A DNA stretch of 63,888 nt, filler included, from Octopus bimaculoides (lineage: Eukaryota), in the NCBI RefSeq assembly GCF_001194135.2. It is 4 parts of 4 records of this genome, joined end to end, with 100 filler letters (N's around TTAATTAATTAA, not from the genome) between each part and the next. Parts side by side here need not be neighbours in the genome. Positions count along the whole stretch, not along the records: positions 48,393 to 63,888 come from NC_068981.1; 3 more parts are not named here. One strand, given 5' to 3'. Positions 52,770-63,888 of the stretch are shown one piece after another; positions within the stretch are counted from its first letter, which is position 1; each line of letters starts with the position of its first letter. Made by a program: the position numbers and the translations under genes. The notes under the pieces were generated by a model, which searched no databases, had not been told where the DNA came from, and saw only the letters and a program-made list of their open reading frames with translations.

Positions 52770-54230
52770 CGGAAAAGACCTGGACTATTTGACAAACTTT
52801 AAATGTAAACCCAACCTATTCTATGGTCTATCTAAAATTAACAAAAGCCAAACTATAAACAAAGCCATCAAATATTTTCCAAAGGCATACATATATACAC
52901 CAGCACCAGGTGACCTAAAATTACGGTCCGTTGTAAACGGAAATCCTTGAAACACATCAAGTTCTTTCATGAACATTCTTTTGTAACCATTTCTAAAACA
53001 TATCAAGAGTCATATTAGAGATGACTTAGATATGTCAATTCACTGCCAGAGTGAACAATTATCTCCCCTAGCAATATATTTTACCCCCTAGCAATTCACA
53101 ATGGCACACAACCATGAAGAACTCCCATTCCTAGACATACTGATTCAGAAAATAGACAAAAAATAGAAATAGTCATTTTTACAAGACCACAGACACTAAA
53201 CAGTATATATTATTTAGCTTATGTCAGCAGAGACTTATCAAAACAAATATCCCCCCCCCCCAACCTTGCAAGAAGAATTTGCACCATAGTATCCGAAAAA
53301 AACCCCAGAGAACTAAGATTTCTAGAGCTTAAAAATGTACTTCAGGACAGCACTGCCCAACTCAACTCATAAATGAAGGAATTAAACGTGCAAAATCGAT
53401 TGATATTAAAACATTAAGAAACACCAAACACAACACATCTATCCTCAAGGAACTAATTTATATCTCCACATACAACTCCATAAACAAAGAAGCCTTCACT
53501 ATCATCATACAAAATATTCCAATACTGCATAGGGACGCCAAACTTAAGGAGATTCTACGTAACCATAAAATCATTAAGAAACACAAACAGCCTAAGGCAT
53601 TGAAGAAATTTCTCACCAATGCCAAACTATTCTCTAGAACGACGGACGCAAGAGTTGTAAAGTGTGGTCGCCCTAATTGCAGAACATGCCCCACATCTGT
53701 TGGAAGGATCGGAATTCCTTTTCAGACAAGGACAAATATTCAAGATCAAATCTAACTTCACTTGGGCCTCCCGAAACCTCATTTACGTAATCAGATGCTC
53801 AGACTGCCATCGAAATTAAATTGGATCAACAAAAAAATCGATCCGAAAGAGATTTACGGCCCACAGACAGCAAATTTCCTCCCCACAATATCACCAAATA
53901 TACGTCAGACAACACATTGCCGAATGCGTAGAACGATTACAACCACAATTCAAAATTTTCCAATTTTATCAACTTGCCTTCTGGACCTCAACACAATTAA
54001 GACTGAATAAAGAAGCCTCATTTATTCCAAAATATATATCAGAATTAAATATGAAACCATATTAAAAATAAAGGACTTACCCCATCTAATGGAAAATGTA
54101 AGCCAGAATAAAGCGGAGGACACAATAAAAGAAAAACATGATAATTACAGATTTACCTCCCCTTTACTGCAAAATAAACGAGTGAACAATTATCTCCCCT
54201 AGCAATATATTTTTATTCCTAGCAAGTTAT
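52770..54230 (+). mobile_element. Penelope-like element, internally deleted, with GIY-YIG remnant
   Basis: YLTNFKCKPNLFYGLSKI, LKLRSVV, IRDDLDM, FTMAHNHEELPFLDILI, CGRPNCRTC, IYVIRC and IGSTKKSIRKRFTAHRQQI. Confidence 0.9.
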
Positions 54231-54450
54231 CTCTTTCAACTCTCAATTTGATGAGCAATGCAAAACCGGCCCTTACATTAGCTATGTTGAAAGTACAAAA
54301 CCTTATTTTGTACAAAATTGTATAATATACTTATTATCATATGTCTAATATACTCTTAAATCCTGCAAAACAATTCTTCTGCGTTTTTCATCTTACCTCT
54401 TTTTCTATCTATATCAACCGGGTGTGTTTCCCCACTATAATATTTTCTAC

Positions 54451-54498
<48 letters not shown>

Positions 54499-54499
<1 letters not shown>

Positions 54500-55020
54500 A
54501 CCGGCAACAAATAGCTTCCCCACAATATCGCCAGATACATCTCAGCGAACATATTGACGTATGTGCTAAACAATTGCAACCACAGTTCTCTATATTCCAG
54601 CGGTACAAATTTGGTGACTGGATCTCCAGAAATGTAAACCAGAACTGAACATTAATTCATTTTAGTAACAACCCTCCCCCCACTAGAACAGAACAACAAT
54701 CAATTCTTCTCTCCACCCTTGAAATATTTGTAAATAACCCCCTAAAACTAGTGCATATATCGCACATGTCTGTATACATTAAGAATATCAGTCCGAAAAA
54801 CCTAACAATACATTCGAAGTAACTTGTAATTTTCGGATAAATTGAAGAGTTACACCCCATGACAAAAAATATTGTCAACAACAACAAAAGTGGCGTTCCC
54901 ATGAGTTAAAACTGATATTTTGGAAGTCTGATAAGCGTAAGACGCGAAACCGGTACTCTCAGTTTATTATACAATGTTGTAATTTTATTATACAAACCTC
55001 GGTGCTTTTTTACATATTTT
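54499..55020 (+). mobile_element. Second Penelope-like 3' fragment with hammerhead-like motif
   Basis: HRQQIASPQYRQIHLSEHIDVCAKQLQPQFSIF, with CTGATAA-GCGTAAGACGC-GAAACCGGTA at 54928-54955. Confidence 0.75.
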
Positions 55021-55030
55021 TCTTTCTGAC

Positions 55031-55078
<48 letters not shown>

Positions 55079-55276
55079 TTTTATTTAATAGATTTTCTTA
55101 ATTTTTATATAACGTGCCGTTTTCCCATTAGCTTCTATCGTTTAATCTAGATATTTTAAATTTTTGATGCTTCTTTTGGTCTTTCTGAGGGTGGATATTG
55201 ATGTGTATCAGCTTGTTTTCAATTTTGGAGAATTGAAGAGGCAAATGGTCAATATAAAGTATATATGTATATATAT

Positions 55277-57020
55277 ACCGGGTGCGTAAGGTATTTGAGG
55301 ACAAACCACTTTTGGGTCATGGATCTTTTTTAAAACGGGGGCCACATTTTTCATTAACGAAACACTTTGAAACTTGGAACACTGGTAGAATGTGTCATAT
55401 AAAACATCTTTTTCTCTTAGTCTTCTTCAAAAAAAAGAAATCCATAAGTTATTCCATGTTGAAGTTGTCGTATTTCTGTAATTTCAACCAATCACTGACG
55501 TCCATTCAGCCGATATACATTAAGTGCCGACTACATAAACAAACGATTCTGAAACAATTAACCCTAACCCTAACCCTGACCCTAGGGTTAGGGTTAGGGT
55601 TAGGGTTAGGGTTAGGGTTAGGGTTAAAGCAAATTTAAAATGAAAAAAAGCAAATAAAACGAAGGTATGGAGATTAAATACGCTTTACATCGCTTAATCA
55701 GCCAAAGGAGTAAATGTAAACAACTGAATACTTGTCATTGATTGATTGAAATTATCGAAATAAGACAATTTCTTACATGAAATAAATTCGAATACAAAAA
55801 TATTTTTCTGTTCCATAACACAAAATAGATAAGTATACGAAGTTTGAAAGTCTTTCCGTACCAAAAACACTACTTAAAACATTAATGAAAAATGTGGCCC
55901 CCGTTTTAAGATAGATCCTGGGTCATTGCTGCATATTTTGCTAACTCTTTATAATCTTTCTTTCAGAAAATAATAATGGAAAACTCTCAGCTTACCCAAG
56001 AAATGAGGAGGCATGCTGTTATTATGGTTATAAAGGTTGAGCATAGCGATTTAGAAATACCTCGATTTTTAAAAGCTACCAGATCTTTCGTCTACAAAGT
56101 TTATAAGAAGCAAGAGAATGAAGATGGAAACGCACCACCTGCATCAAAGCATAAAAAGCATTCTGAACGCTCTGGAGCCATCTGAACACCTTAATTTTTC
56201 AACAGTTCAACAGACCATTGATTACAATCCCATGAGGTCAATTGCAAAATATCTCCATGTGTCGGAAGGAACAGTCAGAAATGTTGTCCACGAAGACATC
56301 ACATATAAGTCGTACATGATGAGGAAATGTCAGTTTGTCGGAAAAAGGAACAGAAAATCACTACATCAGCTCTAAAAGGATCTTAAACAAACTGAAAATC
56401 CTGCAGATTTGATTTGGTTTTTCTCAAGCGAGAAAAACTTCGACCAAGATGTAAAAGTGAACAGAAGAAATGACAGATGGTTATGTGCAGACCCTGCTGA
56501 AGTTCCAAGTGCTTTGGAAAATTTCCTGAAGTTCCAACTGTTATATATAATTTCCTGAAACTGTCATGGTTTTAGGGGATGTCAGCAATGAAGGACATGT
56601 GATGCTTTCTTACATTTTTCCACAAGGCCTTAGAGTTAATTCTGCCGCCTACATTGAAGTCCTGGAAATAATTCTTAAGCCTTGGATAAAAGCTGTATGC
56701 AATGGAAGGCCATATGTGTTTCAGTAAGAGTCTGCACTATCACACACGGCTCTAATGACACAGAAATAGATGGCTAAAAATGTTCACACAACCCCTAACA
56801 TTTGGCCTCCTAATTCCCCAGATCTCAATCCATTGGACTATAATATGTGGAGTGATGTTGAAAGAGAGGTCAATGAACACGCCCATAACACCAAACATTC
56901 TTTGAAAGCTGGCATAGTCATAATGATGTCCAAAATGATCCAGGATCACTTGATTCGAGCATGTAGATGATTTAGATCTCATAAAAAAAGCAGTTATTGA
57001 AGATGAATGTGACTTTATTG
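55277..57020 (+). mobile_element. Degenerate maT/DD37D-like transposon
   Basis: MENSQLTQEMRRHAVIM, SMRSIAKYLHVSEGTVRNVVHEDI and IWPPNSPDLNPLDYNMWSDVERE. Many stops. Confidence 0.85.
55321..55918. mobile_element. Foldback MITE (Merlin-like GG termini) with central telomeric palindrome
   Basis: ~37-bp TIR GGATCT.T.TTAAAACGGGGGCCACATTTTTCATTAA and 8-bp TSD TGGGTCAT (55313-55320 and 55919-55926). Superfamily is inferred from termini and TSD length only. Confidence 0.85.
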
Positions 57021-57234
57021 AATAAGCAATGTTAATTCTCTAAATGAAGTATTAACAGTAACTGCACGATAAAGTGAAGTATATTGCCACTTAAGTGTGG
57101 CTGACCCCTAGGGGTGGATGTTACTGTTGCTTTTAGCCCCAGGAGGACATCTCCTCCAGCTGGCTTATCGACACACTACTGTGTCCTGTTTGTTTTGCCA
57201 AGGGAAGTTATCCCTCTCATCTTGATCTGTAGCA

Positions 57235-57279
57235 CGAACGGGCCCGGGTTTCAGGGTTATTTCCCTTCGTCAGCGTCCG
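57235..57279 (-). ncRNA. Type I minimal hammerhead ribozyme motif (one substitution from canonical)
   Basis: CGGACG-CTGACGA-AGGG-AAATAA-CCCT-GAAA-CCCGGG-C-C-CGTTCG gives a 6-bp stem I, 4-bp stem II and palindromic stem III. The cleavage triplet is GCC rather than GUC. Confidence 0.7.
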
Positions 57280-58685
57280 ATAGCCACCGATCTTCGATGA
57301 GAGATATAAATTCTTGGCAACCTTATGTATACTTTTCCGTTAATGCATCTTAACGCTCATCAGTGACTCTCACCACACCTAGGGTTAAACACATCTAGTC
57401 TTGTCAGCTTATAAGGTTTCCGTTGGGATCATACGCTGATTTCAAAAACGGTAAAAGTGAGACATATAAATAATATCAATGGCTAATTCGCAATGTTACA
57501 ACCTAAAAGCAAAAATATATGCGTCACTAAAGTGAATAAAGGCACTAATCAGCCCCAGTATTGCTAGAAATAAGAGTCAAAACAACTCAATAGCCAAAAA
57601 AAGCACCATCTTAATGAGCTTACATACATACACACAATAAACACACACACACACACACACACACAGATATATATATATATATATATATATATANNNNNNN
57701 NNNNNNNNNNNNNNNNNNNNNNNNNNNNNNNNNNNNNNNNNNNNNNNNNNNNNNNNNNNNNNNNNNNNNNNNNNNNNNNNNNNNNNNNNNNNNNNNNNNN
57801 NNNNNNNNNNNNNNNNNNNNNNNNNNNNNNNNNNNNNNNNNNNNNNNNNNNNNNNNNNNNNNNNNNNNNNNNNNNNNNNNNNNNNNNNNNNNNNNNNNNN
57901 NNNNNNNNNNNNNNNNNNNNNNNNNNNNNNNNNNNNNNNNNNNNNNNNNNNNNNNNNNNNNNNNNNNNNNNNNNNNNNNNNNNNNNNNNNNNNNNTGTGT
58001 GTGTGTGTGTGTGTGTGTGTATAAACATACATAATTTCTGAGTGTGTGAGTGTGTGTTTAGTATACGCGTGTGTGTATGTGTGTGTGTGTGCGTCTGTAC
58101 ATAAAAAATTAATTTGAGAAGTAGAGCAAAATTTAGAAATACTGTTAACTCATGTTATTTGTAAATGTGAAAACAATTTGTGTTTTTATGTGTGTATATC
58201 ATGTTATCCGCTGTGTGTGTGTTAAGACGTATTATATCTATTTTTTTTATATTTAATTGTTTCTATTTTGTAAAAAAAATATCTAATCCCCAAGATATAC
58301 GGCTTCTTGATATGCTGAATCATTAGAAATTCAGACGTAAGAAGTAAGCTAACATGTCTTTTACTCTCTACCTTCCTATAAAACATAGAAAAATATATAC
58401 AGTTGAAAATATGTAAGTTATCAGTCTACAACTGAGTAGAGCATATTGTAGAGATTTTAGTGAATTACTTTATCGAATATGTTTATTTTGTTTAGAATTA
58501 TTATGTAACATTTACTTTTCTTATATGTACACTTAAATATTTGGAAACGTCTCATTTTCTTCTATTATTACACGAAATACTGCAGTGGGGAAATTGGTAA
58601 AGTTATAGACAGTTAATGGAACATGTGAGTAAGCCTATTCTACATTCTCTATTTTGAAAATTCTTTATAAACGAATCAATTTATT

Positions 58686-58723
<38 letters not shown>

Positions 58724-59385
58724 TAGTAGTAGTCCTTTCTAATGCGTCGCTAAACTAGGCAGTATGTTGCCAGTGATAAAAGTTAGGTTAAAACCAGTGA
58801 CTGAAAGGGAATAAAGGGATTAATCTAAACAGATTAAGCCACTTAATTTAATTGTGCATTATTTCTCTAAACTTTACCCATAGACAACAAGGGGAAAATG
58901 AACGTAAATTTAATTAACTTTGCATAAATTATTTAAAATGATGTATCCTGAACCACTAAATGAAAATTCACGATACTTCATTAAATTGCTTTTTTCATCA
59001 TCGCTGAGATTAGAAAAGAATCCGGACTGTCTTATTGTGAATTAAAAAAAAATATTTGCATACTATTCCAAACCATTACGTCATCTCGTTACATTCTATT
59101 TCACGTCAACAAGTGCTGGATTTAACTTTCACCATTTCATTGTCTATAAAATATATGACTGTTAAAATGTATTGACTCTCAACAGCCCGAAAAATAAGTA
59201 TTTATATTAGAATTGGTTACCAGTATGACTGTATGGAAGACGGAGGAATAAACACAGTAGATTACCGGACTATGACCATGCATTTCATTCGCCCTGGATT
59301 AAAAGAGTATATACAAAACACTTCAATGTGTATTCATACAAAATGCGTGTTCTAGAACCAGATACCGTCAATTACGCGTCGAGAC

Positions 59386-59462
<77 letters not shown>

Positions 59463-59468
<6 letters not shown>

Positions 59469-60230
59469 GTCATCCCATAAACAATGCGGTTTTTCAGTTG
59501 CATGAACTAAAAGTCGGAGGAGGACGGGATAATCTACTTGCATCGACTTGCTATAAAAACAAGTAGTAATTTTACCCAGTACTTATTTTTTGTGCTAGTT
59601 TGGAAGAGTGCACTTGTATTTTAACAGTTACTTTTTCAAAGCTATAATGGAAGTGACAAAGGAGTATATTTGACATATTTTGCTCTATGGGTTCAATAAA
59701 GGCAACAACGCAACGTAAACTACAGCCGGAAACTACAGCCAAAACGACAAACCCAGTCCTGGAAGATCTGTAGAGCTCGACTAGGATGTCCTGCAAACCC
59801 TGGTGGAAGAAAATCTCATCGTAATTGTTGAATAACTAGCAGAGAAGCTTGCAGTTGATCCTTCAACCATTCATCGACACATGCATGCCATCGGAAAATT
59901 CAGCATATTGGGTCTATGGGTTCCTCGCAAACTTTCCGAGTCTAATGCTCGGCCACATACAGCGTAGGGATGACATTACAAAACTGGAGCAGTTTGAATG
60001 AGGAACGATACTCCACCCACCATGTTCGGCCGCATCTGATTATTATTTATTCCCCAGACTTCAAAATCATTTGAACGGAAAAATATGAATTCTGTCGACG
60101 AGATCAGAACAGTTTTGAAGGAATATTTTTCGTCACAGACAAGTGAATTTTGGAAGAGTAGCCTTGCAAATCAACCAGATAGATGGAAGAACATTGTAGA
60201 AAATGAAGGAGAGTATATTTTAGATTAAAA
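59463..60230 (+). mobile_element. Degenerate mariner (Hsmar1/SETMAR-like), internally deleted
   Basis: TA-TTGGGTCATCCC terminus, MEVTKEYI.HILLYGFNKG, HPP...ASDYYLFP and RWKNIVENEGEYILD stop. Confidence 0.8.
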
Positions 60231-60779
60231 AAGAACTTTGTTTATCTTAATTTCTTCTGATAAGTACTGTTGTTTAGTCAGAACTTACACCACCTCTAAA
60301 GGCATCCACTTCGCTGAAGCAATGAAATGAGTAGCCTGTTAGTTCAAACAACTTTTCTGAATATAGGAAATACAAAACCAGATGGAGGGAATGGAGGGAA
60401 AAAAGTAAAAGAAAGAAAGACGAAAAGAGAAAAGCCTGCTTTTCCGGATCATTTTGTTGAAAATAACAAACACTATCGCAGATGACACGCTAAACTCTAC
60501 CGTCTCCTAGGAAAATATTATTTCGAGCGGAAGTAGATGGCACCACCTATGAGTTAGAGCAAAAACGTTTCTAATAAATTAAAAATTACGGTTAAATTTC
60601 ATAAAGGGCTAATTTAAAAAATGTAATCTTATACATACATGCAGGTGATTAGATGGTGCCTAAGACAATGGATAACCTGCGCAGAGAAAGATTAGGTGGA
60701 AATTCTGAAATAAGTGTGACCTGTTTCCTCAGCCGCATTTTGCATGATGTAATTTTTTGCACGTGTTACCTGGTGTGAA

Positions 60780-60947
60780 TATGTAACTTTTGGATGGTGC
60801 TTCTGATATACTAAATGCCACATTTACTACACTCTGGTAAAATCCCTAACAGACCCCCGAGCACATGCCTGTATTGTTAATAAACAATTAACCAGTTTAT
60901 TGGTTAATTTCCAGACGGAAAATTCTTAGCGATATTGAACAAGCGAA

Positions 60948-61005
<58 letters not shown>

Positions 61006-61350
61006 CCTTTCTAATGCGTCGCTAAACTTCTTGGGAAGTTAGGGAATATGTTGCCAGTGATAAAAGTTAGGTTAAAACCAGTGACTGAAAGGGAATAAAG
61101 GGATTAATCTAAACAGGTTAAGCCACTTAATTTGTAGAGAGGAAATAAACACTCAGATAATGCACACTGACCACTCCTTGAAAAAATTCCTGTCTGAAAA
61201 TCAAGCAGTTGATAGTAACAGCGATTTCCCACTGTTCAACTGCTTCATCAACAATTTGGACATTTGTTCGAGAGTGTAGGTAGTGTGTTATATAGACTTG
61301 AATAATTCTAGTGGTATTATATCAGAGGCACCATCCAAAAGCTACACATC
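60780..61350. mobile_element. Probable MITE with inverted ends and a nested insertion
   Basis: ATGTAACTTTTGGATGGTGCTTCTGATATA is mirrored by TATATCAGAGGCACCATCCAAAAGCTACACAT. Confidence 0.55.
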
Positions 61351-61697
61351 CTCATTAAAAAAACACATGAAGACAAATACATTATTCTAAATGCAAAGAG
61401 AGAAATGTCAGGGAATGCAGAGTAACATTGGTTGGTTGAGGGTCAACCAACCAATGTTACTCTGAATAATCTCATTAATAATCTGAATCGACCTATCAAT
61501 ATCAGACGAGATCTACACGACGCATAATGGTTATTGCAAGGAACCTATTCTGTACGTACGACATCTGCATTTCCTATTCATTTGAGCAAAACTACAAGAT
61601 CAGCATCATTCTTCGTCACTCGATGAAGGGGTATTAAACCTAGAATAATGTAATATATGGTAAAGTGAAGCTGTTGTACTCACTTTTAAACAATTTC

Positions 61698-61747
<50 letters not shown>

Positions 61748-63519
61748 NNNNNNNNNNNNNNNNNNNNNNNNNNNNNNNNNNNNNNNNNNNNNNNNNNNNN
61801 NNNNNNNNNNNNNNNNNNNNNNNNNNNNNNNNNNNNNNNNNNNNNNNNNNNNNNNNNNNNNNNNNNNNNNNNNNNNNNNNNNNNNNNNNNNNNNNNNNNN
61901 NNNNNNNNNNNNNNNNNNNNNNNNNNNNNNNNNNNNNNNNNNNNNNNNNNNNNNNNNNNNNNNNNNNNNNNNNNNNNNNNNNNNNNNNNNNNNNNNNNNN
62001 NNNNNNNNNNNNNNNNNNNNNNNNNNNNNNNNNNNNNNNNNNNNNNNNNNNNNNNNNNNNNNNNNNNNNNNNNNNNNNNNNNNNNNNNNNNNNNNNNNNN
62101 NNNNNNNNNNNNNNNNNNNNNNNNNNNNNNNNNNNNNNNNNNNNNNNNNNNNNNNNNNNNNNNNNNNNNNNNNNNNNNNNNNNNNNNNNNNNNNNNNNNN
62201 NNNNNNNNNNNNNNNNNNNNNNNNNNNNNNNNNNNNNNNNNNNNNNNNNNNNNNNNNNNNNNNNNNNNNNNNNNNNNNNNNNNNNNNNNNNNNNNNNNNN
62301 NNNNNNNNNNNNNNNNNNNNNNNNNNNNNNNNNNNNNNATATATATATATATATACACTGCCACCAACATATACACATTTCTACATTATATACATACATT
62401 CTCAGCCACCACATAAATATACACGCATACATATTATTGACTATTGTGCTGGTTTCATATCGTGCAGCTAAACCAAGGGCTTTCACTTGTATGTATTCAT
62501 TATGCATACATGATTATTCTTTTATTTCGCACTAACGTACATATATCTATATATACCTACATATATCTTTCTAAAAAAAGAACTTCCCTTTTAGCTCTCA
62601 TAAATGTGCATCTCTCCCTATCACTCTACTTATCATTTTCCACTTACGCTATAACTTTCCAGGTCCATTCCATAGTTAACGTAATAGTTATTATGGGATA
62701 TACAAATTAAGTTTATGAGCAGATGACTTGACAAGTTGCTATGCTGCTGACTAAGTTAAGTTAACCACTCACAAATAACTTCCTTTAACTAAAATACTTA
62801 TAGACAAAGGAGATAAGAAATTCTTCTAGTTAGTATTTTGGCAGCATTATTATCTTAAGGTGTGCATCAACCTTCATAAAAGGCCAGATAACTCTATGCT
62901 TAAGAGCGGAATTAATAAGGGCTTGTGTTGATTTATACTTTATACTCTTGCAATTTTTATTTCCAGTGGTTTATGGTGGTCTATACTTTGTATTTTGATT
63001 TTTGTTTCCATTAAATTATTTTGTGGTATTTTACAAATTGTGTCTATTTGAAACTAAGCGTTGTTCTTAAGCAAGGGTATGCTAAAGATAGAATATAGCT
63101 ACAAAACAGTGGGTAACTATAGGTGATCATTCAGTGCTTTTAAAGTCACTCACCTGATGATGTACATGTACACAGCTATTGCTGGATCATATTTATATAA
63201 TATTTATATAATAATACATATAACATGTGAAACACTCAGCAAATAACAGCAGGTGCTAATGCACAGAGAAAATTATTTTCATTGGAGATTAGTGCATGTT
63301 CATTCCATTTTTTTTTGTTGATATTATGAATATTTTTGTATAATTTCTGTGTGTACTAATGGATTTCCACATGTATGTCCAACAAGATGAGCATTTCTGC
63401 TGTATGATAGCATATGGAAGCCAATAATCGTAAAGGAGTCCTGAAATGCACATTGTATCTTATTGCCAGAATGCTTGGTTTGATATATATGTATGTATAT
63501 ATGTATGTATGTATATATG

Positions 63520-63567
<48 letters not shown>

Positions 63568-63813
63568 TACCTATATATATATATGTATATATATATTACG
63601 TGGTTACGTGACGGACCAGGCTACACATATTGTTACACATCATTGGTCACAATGCGTTATTGCATTGTTTTACCCTTCAAATGATACCAACATTCGCCCT
63701 TGGTCGAGAGGAGGACTGGAGCAACATAAGTGTTTTGTTCAAGAGCACAACCCGTCACTGCATGTGTGCGTGTGTGTGCGTGTGTTTGTGTACTTATATA
63801 TACATATATATAT

Positions 63814-63888
<75 letters not shown>

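Noticed and set aside
55560-55626. Telomere-telomere fusion site
   Set aside because: Polarity is CCCTAA then TTAGGG, opposite to a fusion, and it is central to a MITE with a TSD.

Overview
AT-rich, microsatellite- and gap-rich animal genomic DNA. It is inferred to be octopus from the tRNA-derived SINE families, CA/TA/TAGA repeat density and transposon content. Five protein-coding exons are recognisable. Four belong to axonemal dynein intermediate chain 2 (DNAI2, minus strand, 46938->35794) and have intron positions and phases matching human DNAI2. One is the first coding exon of a SWAP70/DEF6-family gene (plus strand, 31810-31911). The rest is decayed mobile DNA: SINEs, CR1-like, Tx1/L1-like and R4/Dong-like LINE fragments, Penelope-like elements with hammerhead motifs, DD37D (maT) and mariner transposons, and hAT, piggyBac and Merlin-like MITEs. 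Three artificial 100-bp joins (44N-TTAATTAATTAA-44N) make segment order uncertain. The strongest unexplained signal is a tandem pair of ~145-nt hairpins in a DNAI2 intron, with compensatory changes and G.U pairs biased to the DNAI2 sense strand. Repeat coordinates are approximate, and all identifications are by eye without database searches.
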